From positions 108,192,410 through 108,244,050 of the forward strand of contig NC_068981.1 of NCBI RefSeq assembly GCF_001194135.2: 51,641 nucleotides of DNA, written 5' to 3'. The translations under genes were made by a program, and so were the position numbers. Origin of the DNA: Octopus bimaculoides. Its lineage: Eukaryota. The notes below the pieces were generated by a model. It worked only from the letters and a program-made list of their open reading frames with translations. It was not told the DNA's origin and did no database searches. Of this stretch, positions 46,482 through 51,641 are shown piece after piece; positions within the stretch are counted from its first letter, which is position 1, and each line of letters starts with the position of its first letter.

Positions 46482-47050
46482 AGGCGCAGGCATGGTTGTG
46501 TGGTAAGAGGTCTTAGTGCCTCGATTCGAATTTGGTGATTTTGGTAAGAGGCTGCTTAGTGCCTTCAAGTTGAATATATTTGCTGAACTTTTTTTTGATT
46601 GGTAAGAGGCTCAGCACCTCAATTTGTAATTGTTGTAAGAGGTTCAACACTTCATTTGTGTTTTGAAAAAGAACAATGTTATCGGGAAGTAACATATGGT
46701 TCTGGGTTCAGTGTCACTGTGTGACACCTTAGGCAAGTGTCTTCTACAATAACCTCAGGTTGATCAAAGCCTTGTGAGTGAATGATAGACGGAAACTGAA
46801 AGAAACCCGTCATATATATATGTATATATCTATGTGTGTGTGTCTTTGTATCTATCCCCCACCTCTCACTGCTTGACAACCAGTGTTGGTGTGTTTATGC
46901 CCTCATAACTTAGTGGTTCAGCAAAAGAGACCGATAGAATAGGTAGTAAGCTTTAAAATTAAGTTCTAGGGTCGATGTGTTCGGTTAAAACCTTTCAAAG
47001 CGGTGCTCCAGCAATGCCACAATCAAATGACTGAAACAAGTTAAAGAATA
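46482..47050 (+). mobile_element. SINE family B copy with expanded head, CpG-decayed
   Basis: Head GGCGCAGGCATGGTTGTGTGGTAAG is interrupted by ~175 bp, then resumes ATGGTTCTGGGTTCAG..CCTTAGGCAAGTGTCTTCTAC..GGAAACTGAAAGAAACCCGTC..CGGTGCTCCAGC..TGACTGAAACAAG. Confidence 0.8.
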
Positions 47051-47866
47051 AAAAAATTGTTGCTGTTGTCTAAATTCCAGTGATGAAAATTTTGTTTTTA
47101 CATGGAATGTTCAAAGAAAAAGACCATATGGATATTAAATATTTATTAGAACCAGAAAAACCCATGCTCGCTTAGTGAGTACAAGAGATATTTTTTTAAT
47201 TGACATATGACAAGAATCAAAACAAGCATCTCAGTCTGATTTAAGTTGGAAATTCCAAGTTTATGAAGACAGTTTCTCTATCTTCTGGCTGTTTATCTTT
47301 TCATCTTTTGTAGAATAACTGCATTATTGGTATAATTTCATTATTGTTCACAAAGCGTTTACATGCTTAGAAATAAGCCAACAGCTGCATTGACATAGTA
47401 TCATATTTCCAGCACATTTTGTATCTTGCTTAATAAAGGTTTCATTATTCACTTATCTTTTCAAAAATCTAATACATTGTATACACACAGAAATGGAACT
47501 AGTCTTATCTAGGGCATTCATCACTCAACTGATTCTCACGATGATGAACAACAACAAATATTTTAGCAAAATATATAAATTAATTAATCAAAGCCCTTCT
47601 CATACTGTGTGCCCTCTGTGGAACCTCATTCACTGTCTATTTGCTTTCCTACATCACACACCAGAGAGCAATGACAAATCAACAAAGTCTTCAGCTAGCG
47701 GCCTCTTCAAACCTCTCCTTTTGGGGTCAAGAAGTTTCTTTTCAACACATTCCATTATCCCAAGTCCTTAAGTGATTCACTTCCAGCTGCACTGAAACTG
47801 TTCAGGCAAAAACAAAAAACAAATCATGAAACACCTGGAGAAACTCACCTACCCACTGAACTGGGT

Positions 47867-48247
47867 GTTGGCACTCCATCGCTTACGACGTCAAGGGTTC
47901 CAGTTGATCTGATCAACAGAACAGCCTGCTCGTGAAATTAACGTGCAAGTGGCTGAGCACTCCACAGACACGTGTACCCTTAATGTAGTTCTCGGGGATA
48001 TCCAGCGTGACACAGTGTGACAAGGCTGGCCCTTTGGATTACAGGTACAACAGAAACAGGAAGAAAGAGTGAGAGAAAGTTGTGGTGAAAGAGTACAGCA
48101 TGGTTCGCCACCATCCCCTGCCGGAGCCTCATGGAGCTTTAGGTGTTTTCACTCAATAAACACTCACAACGCCCGGTCTGGGAATCGAAACCGCAATCCT
48201 ATGACGGCGAATCCGCCGCCCTAACCACTGGGCCATTGCGCCTCCAC
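47867..48247 (-). mobile_element. Young tRNA-derived SINE (family C) with target-site duplication
   Basis: Exact 12-bp TSD ACTGAACTGGGT (47855-47866 / 48248-48259); minus-strand head GTGGAGGCGCAATGGCCCAGTGGTTAGG..GGTTTCGATTCCC (A and B boxes); CpGs retained. Confidence 0.92.
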
Positions 48248-48289
48248 ACTGAACTGGGTAGTGTTTACCTAAACTGCAGAAAATGACTT

Positions 48290-48720
48290 GTGAAAATACC
48301 TTCAATCACTTGAAATCAACAAGGCCTCAAATATTTCACTCTATAAATATTCCCCATACTCTTAAGACTCTTCAGTCTCTCCCTCTCAACAGGAATTACC
48401 TTGATGTTTTGGAAACACAGTGTCCATCCAACTTGTATAAACTTATTCACAGGTATTCTCTAGTCTTGTCCCACAGACATGGTATCAGCGCTCTGTCTAT
48501 TCTACTTTAACTGTAATGGTCTCTACTTAACCCACTCATCATTCCTACTCTTATCACCCTTGTGCCCAACATACCTAGACCCACACTTAATCACTAAGCC
48601 AAGTCCTTTCTTCCAAGAACATTGGCCTTCTAGAATTCCCTCCTTGCTCATGTCTTTCCCACAGGCAATGACTTGCAACAGCTCAAGAGGAAAATTAACA
48701 GACTCAGTCTTCCAGTCTAA
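48290..48720 (+). mobile_element. Decayed LINE 3' fragment (CR1/Jockey-like)
   Basis: Remnant ..SALSILYFNCNG.. and ..QQLKRKINR resemble LINE ORF2 C-termini; weak. Confidence 0.35.
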
Positions 48721-50074
48721 GTGGGCCTGTGAAAACTAGAGGTACTGCTCCTTCCTTCAGACCTAGCAAGTTATATCTTTTCTACAGTTTATCAACTCAA
48801 ATGTATCCTAGTGTTCGGTTACGTCTCCAAAACTATTTCTTTTGAGCATTGAAGATTCAGTTATTGTTACTTATGACACCTAGTGTATTCTCTACTCCCT
48901 GATAACTTTTGGTATACAGGTGTCATTCACACATAAACATTTCTATCAACAGATATTTTAATAACATTCCCAAGTTTAACCTCATTCTAAATTTTCAAAA
49001 CACTGTCACTACACATTTCAACACTTATTCATATAAACAACATCCTGACAAGGCTGTCACACACACTAATAGATCTCTGATGGCAATTCATGATGACCAA
49101 ACATTTTGTAACATAATCAAGGCAGTATCAAAGAGGTTAGATTTCTCAGATGCAAAACAAAATTCAAGCTCTGAGAACTGTTACCTTTTCTTTTCTTTTC
49201 TTTCTTTTTTATTGTGTTGGCCTAAATGAAACGAGCGTACCCTTAGTCTTTGCTGGCCTTCATCAATGCATTTCCACTGAGCAGCTACAAGTTGATGGCC
49301 ACAGAAAAAAATTTCTAGAGAGCTGACGTTATGTTGAAGAGAGTTGGCACAAAGTGGTTAGAATGAACTGAGGGGAAGATGCAATGTGGGTTACGCGAGA
49401 AAGAAAATTATCAATGACTTAGAAATTCCGAAATGAAGGTGGCACAAGGCCAGCCAGTTCCAAGGGGTTGAGGCCATAAAAGAAGCAATATAAAAGGCAA
49501 AGGGAAGAAACTAAGCTTGTAAATAAGAGTGTGCTGGCGAGCAATTTCATACAAATGAATTAGAGGGCTTTTTTTTTATCAATTTAGTCTGGAATGTCTG
49601 TGTAACAGTGACACCATCCTAGAACGTAATTATGATGCGCGTTACAGTAATGATAAGCTAATAAATTTATAGGCATTCTTTGATCGGCAAACATTCATAA
49701 ACCAACCCTCAATCACTATTTGCTTAGTGATTCACTGCTGCAAAAGTTCATTCGACTTAGCAATCTGAATATCACCTACATTCAAATCCATCAGATGCAT
49801 CAGCTTCTACTCTTAAAATTCCCACAGTATGTAAACACCTCACTTAACACTTTATAAACAGGATGTGGTTGCAATGAATGAGAGATGTAGAGAGTGATGT
49901 GTTAGTCACGGAGGAAAAGAACAAAGAAAAGTAGTTGGTATGAGACGCTGCAAAAATTATGAGTAATAGAGGGAGTGAGGTGGTTTTTGTGGTCTGATGT
50001 ATAGAGGAATGAAGGATAGGTAGTATAGTGTAGTGTAGTGTAGTGTAATGTAGTATGTATGTATGTATGTATGT

Positions 50075-50280
50075 GAAAGCGTGTGGTTTAGTGGCTAGGG
50101 TATTCGGCTCATGATTGTAAGGTTACGACTGTGAGTTCAATTCCCGGCAGCACGTAGCCTTAAGCAAGACACTTTATTTCATGTTGCTTCAGTCCACTCA
50201 GCTGACAAAAATGGATAGCACCTGTATTTCCAAGGGTCAGCCTTGTTACCTTTTGTGTCATGCTGAATCTCTGTGAAGCT
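50075..50280 (+). mobile_element. tRNA-derived SINE (family D), 3'-truncated
   Basis: Head GTGGTTTAGTGGCTAGGG..GAGTTCAATTCCCGG, central CCTTAAGCAAGACACTTTATTTCATGTTGCTTCAGTCCACTCAGCTG; 3' part shared with family C. Confidence 0.7.
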
Positions 50281-50439
50281 ATGAAATGCCTTCATCAGTG
50301 ATATGCATTCTAGTAACATACACCAATGGTTATTGGAACAGGATAACTTAGACCTTGATCAAGCCTTCATCCAAGCACAGACACTAGAGACATCAGAAGC
50401 TCAAACTGTAAGTTACACATGCTCAGTTGTTCCCCATAA

Positions 50440-51020
50440 TGAACCCTGTGCTTCGTGACCTACATGTTCTCCCAACCCAAAAGACAAAACTCCACATTTG
50501 CCAGGCTGACGAAGAGTGCCTGGGAGAACAGAAAACTGACCACAAACACCAATATTGCAGTCTACAAGGCCTGCGTCCTCAGCACACTACTGCAGTGAGA
50601 CATGCAGTCTTTACTCCAGACAGTAAGTGGCATCTCAACGTCTTCCACTTTCATAGCCTTGAGACCCATCTTGGATAACAAGTAGACCGAGTGAGTCACC
50701 AACACTGACGTCCTCAACCATGTCTAAATACCCAACATATTCACCCTGCTCCAACAGCACCGGCTCAGTCAGGTGCATCATATGCTGGATGAGAGAATCT
50801 CAAAAGACCTCCTGTAAGAGAAACTGAAACTTACCACCAAAGAAAAGCATGCCTGAAGAAAAGAAAACTCAGTAGCACCAATGAAGAGCATCATCAAATG
50901 CAGTCATTGCATGCAAAATTGCCATTCCAGTGTGGACCTGTACAGCCACAGCAGACGCTGCACTGCCAACCACAGCTGACAAAAATCTTCATGGTCTGTT
51001 GAGACCAACGAATGCCTATC
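50440..51020 (+). mobile_element. Old RTE LINE 3' fragment
   Basis: STFARLTKSAWENRKLTTNTNIAVYKACVLSTLL; homologous to the 40200-40550 part of the larger RTE. Confidence 0.75.
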
Positions 51021-51641
51021 ATCTATGAGTATATACACATATATATATACACACATAAATGTCAAATGATGAGAATGAGTGCTCAAAACAACATTGGTGG
51101 ATAGAATTCTTTATTTGTGTATTAAGGCTATCAGAGGTTTCATATTAAAAAAATATCTTAATATCTTAACAATTTTTCAAGCCAATCACATGGAGAAATG
51201 GTGTTCATCTCCATATATATGTGTATATGTATATATATATATATGTAGTGAAACTACCTCTCTCACGGTTATATATTAACAAATGCGAGCGTAGCAGAAA
51301 ACAACTCTTTCCCGCCTGCTGTGTCATCACCTGACTGACTATTATTTGAGCGGCAATTGTCTCCACTCCTTTCGCCCCAGGACGCAAACCGACCAACCGT
51401 AGCCACTAATAAGGTCATGTGAGAGAGTGCTTTAGTGATGCTCTCTGGAGCCTATCTGCACCTACAAATAGCCTAAATTATCCGCGCCAGTTCGTCGCGG
51501 CTCAGATCCTCACAGATCTGGTCGTTGACCACACACACGTAACACAGCACCAACCAACCAGCCAGTTCCAGCGACGACATCAACAACCACTTCAACTACG
51601 TACTACTAGCACCATCGCCAACGTCAACACGACTCTACGTA

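Noticed and set aside
46501-46660. CRISPR-like repeat-spacer appearance
   Set aside because: Repeats are short and degenerate, spacers are unequal and T-rich, there are no cas genes, and the context is eukaryotic inside a SINE.
47867-48247. tRNA genes suggested by A/B boxes here and in other SINE heads
   Set aside because: No complete cloverleaf or oligo-T terminator; heads continue into SINE bodies, one with a TSD.

Overview
AT-rich, microsatellite- and SINE-dense eukaryotic DNA from a gapped assembly. The repeat families and (CATA)n/(TA)n density suggest an Octopus-like cephalopod genome (inference). One protein-coding gene could be fully reconstructed on the minus strand: a five-coding-exon UNC93-family MFS-like membrane protein (CDS 26679/26634-26600, 20013-17559, 16895-16760, 5687-5556, 4906-4662). 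All introns are GT-AG and phases are consistent, giving 1015 or 1000 aa, with an unusual ~530-aa acidic Ser/Asn-rich N-terminal extension. A CRE palindrome plus GC box lies just upstream of the first coding exon. The rest is mostly transposon-derived: decayed hAT, mariner, Chapaev3, RTE, R4/Dong and CR1/Jockey-type elements, a Helentron-type HINE, hAT/piggyBac-like MITEs and several tRNA-derived SINE families. The most notable unexplained structures are a 650-bp inverted repeat in intron 3, an R4/Dong element embedded in (CATA)n, a fold-back, double-ended Chapaev3 3' end, and sharp CpG-retention domains. No CRISPR, rRNA or true tRNA gene is supported, and I found no convincing wholly new multi-gene system.
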